This document shows, one piece after another, positions 62,335 to 64,000 of a stretch of 64,000 bases of DNA. The stretch's first letter is position 1, and each line of letters starts with the position of its first letter. The stretch covers positions 422,344,001 to 422,408,000 of the forward strand of contig CM097883.1 of NCBI GenBank assembly GCA_044892505.1, read 5' to 3'. The DNA is from Schmidtea nova (Eukaryota). The notes below the pieces were generated by a model. It saw only the letters and a list, made by a program, of their open reading frames with translations, ran no database searches and was not told the origin of the DNA. Both the position numbers and the translations under genes were made by a program.

Positions 62335-62729
62335 TGTTGAGCCCAGCCGGGTCACTAGTAAAAATGTATCTTGGGAAGGCTGGGGTGAATGTTATGTTTT
62401 TAATGTGGGTGTTCTTGAGTGCGTGTGTATGTAGTGCAAACCTGTAGTAACAAATAACAAATTATTGAACATTAACTTTTAAAAATTGTATTTTTGCTAC
62501 AACAAAACGAAATGTAAAAATGTCTACTCACTAATTGTGGTAGAATAAGAATAAGGGATTTCTTTGAGTTTATTTTGATTGTCGAATTTGACTACTGTCT
62601 TCCCTCGAATATAAGAACCGATCCATCTATTCCGTGGTACCGTTATTTTGGTTTTAAGGAATTTTTTGCAAAAATTTCGAATAAAACAGCTTTCGAATAC
62701 AAGGACCATTCCCTGTATTCGAAAGCATG
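62335..62729 (+). repeat. Copy E5 of the stem-loop family (runs into a gap)
   Basis: TGTTGAGCCCAGCCGGGTCACTAG...TTGGGAAGGCTGGGGTG start. Confidence 0.6.
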
Positions 62730-62914
62730 NNNNNNNNNNNNNNNNNNNNNNNNNNNNNNNNNNNNNNNNNNNNNNNNNNNNNNNNNNNNNNNNNNNNNNN
62801 NNNNNNNNNNNNNNNNNNNNNNNNNNNNNNNNNNNNNNNNNNNNNNNNNNNNNNNNNNNNNNNNNNNNTTGGGTTAACTTGTTTTGACTTAGACTAATTG
62901 AGTGTTTAGAGATT

Positions 62915-63663
62915 TGTAAGTGCCCAAAAGAGTCTCCCAAAGAAATGAATTGTGGGGACAATTGGGGTGCAGGTTATATGTCTATTGTGTGCGTGTAATT
63001 ACAATAAATAACAACGATAAAATGAAATATGATATTATAAAAGTTTTATTACTTAAACTTATTTAAATCAAAAACCAACAACCACAATACAATTACTTTA
63101 TAATGAACTTAACAATTTCCTTTGTAGTTATTATTTTCTGGAACAGGATTTTCTCTAATATCAGTTAATTGTTTTGAGAGCTAACAGTTTCGGTAGTTAA
63201 ATGTGATTTGAAATAAATGGGATTTGAAATAAATGGGTGATTTGAAATAAATGATTTGAAATAAATGGGTGATTTGAAATAAATGTGATTTGAAATAAAT
63301 GGGTGATTTGAAATAAATGATAAATTTGATTGTTCAATGAGAAATTATCCAAATTGTTTCTGCTATCCTATAAAAGCTTTTATAGGCTTGTTGTTTGATC
63401 TTTTGCAAAATCTTTGATATTATAATAAATCTAATTCTTATTTAAACTTCTTTATTTGTTTCAATTATTTGTTTTTTTAAGCTTACTATAGTTTATTACT
63501 ATAGTAAGCTTAATTATTTTTAAATTTTAAATTTAAAAAATAATAATAAAAATAATAAATGTTTCTTTGCCCTTAATATGTAGGGATAGGGGGGTCCAAC
63601 TCCAATAATAACAATAAAAAATAAAAATAAAACGCCCCATGTGAAACAAAATCAACATACCCA
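62915..63663 (+). repeat. Copy E6 of the stem-loop/G-tract family (runs into a gap)
   Basis: TGTAAGTGCCCAAAAGAGTCTCCCA...TGGGGACAATTGGGGTG start, perfect palindrome at 63477-63513, G-tract at about 63589. Confidence 0.68.
63200..63319. repeat. Short minisatellite
   Basis: About 7 units of GATTTGAAATAAAT(G)(GGT), 14-18 bp each. Confidence 0.9.
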
Positions 63664-64000
63664 NNNNNNNNNNNNNNNNNNNNNNNNNNNNNNNNNNNNN
63701 NNNNNNNNNNNNNNNNNNNNNNNNNNNNNNNNNNNNNNNNNNNNNNNNNNNNNNNNNNNNNNNNNNNNNNNNNNNNNNNNNNNNNNNNNNNNNNNNNNNN
63801 NNNNNNNNNNNNNNNNNNNCCTAAAAAATATAGTATTTCAGTTTCTAACAATATAAAAAATTAAGAAACAAAATAGAAATTCATGTTACTGGAATGGGGT
63901 TATCTCTATATCCCACTTTGGACAATATAAACAAAAATTTATCAATCAATCTAGATAACCAATTAGAGTTCTAGCCTTTAATTGGTGCATAGTTCTCCTT

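Overview
This is a very AT-rich eukaryotic scaffold with four N-gaps (13670-13821, 17964-18109, 62730-62868, 63664-63819). It is almost entirely a transposable-element graveyard, and I found no intact cellular gene. The only recognisable host sequence is an isolated 3' piece of TCP1/CCT-alpha with animal-like residues and a probable splice acceptor. An AT-rich animal genome (possibly a myxozoan-type parasite) is therefore an inference, not a determination. Two DNA transposons look intact: a 1.25-kb Merlin and a 2.9-kb Tip100/ZNF862-like hAT, each with TIRs, a perfect 8-bp TSD and an open transposase ORF. Decayed elements include several hATs (SPIN/GTF2IRD2-like, Buster-like, Ac-like, hATm-like, ZMYM1-like), two MULEs, a mariner, Tigger-like remnants, piggyBac-type MITEs and Ty3/gypsy fragments, many in nests that can be reconstructed from their TSDs. 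Four observations stand out. (1) A 189-bp fold-back made from MULE transposase sequence, resembling a Mu killer locus. (2) A six-copy repeat family with a covarying 5' stem-loop. (3) A conserved GCTTACTATAG-N6/7-CTATAGTAAGC palindrome inside that family, whose interiors are otherwise unrelated. (4) A switch in TE orientation near 30 kb that could indicate a small-RNA cluster. All calls were made by eye, and no database searches were run.
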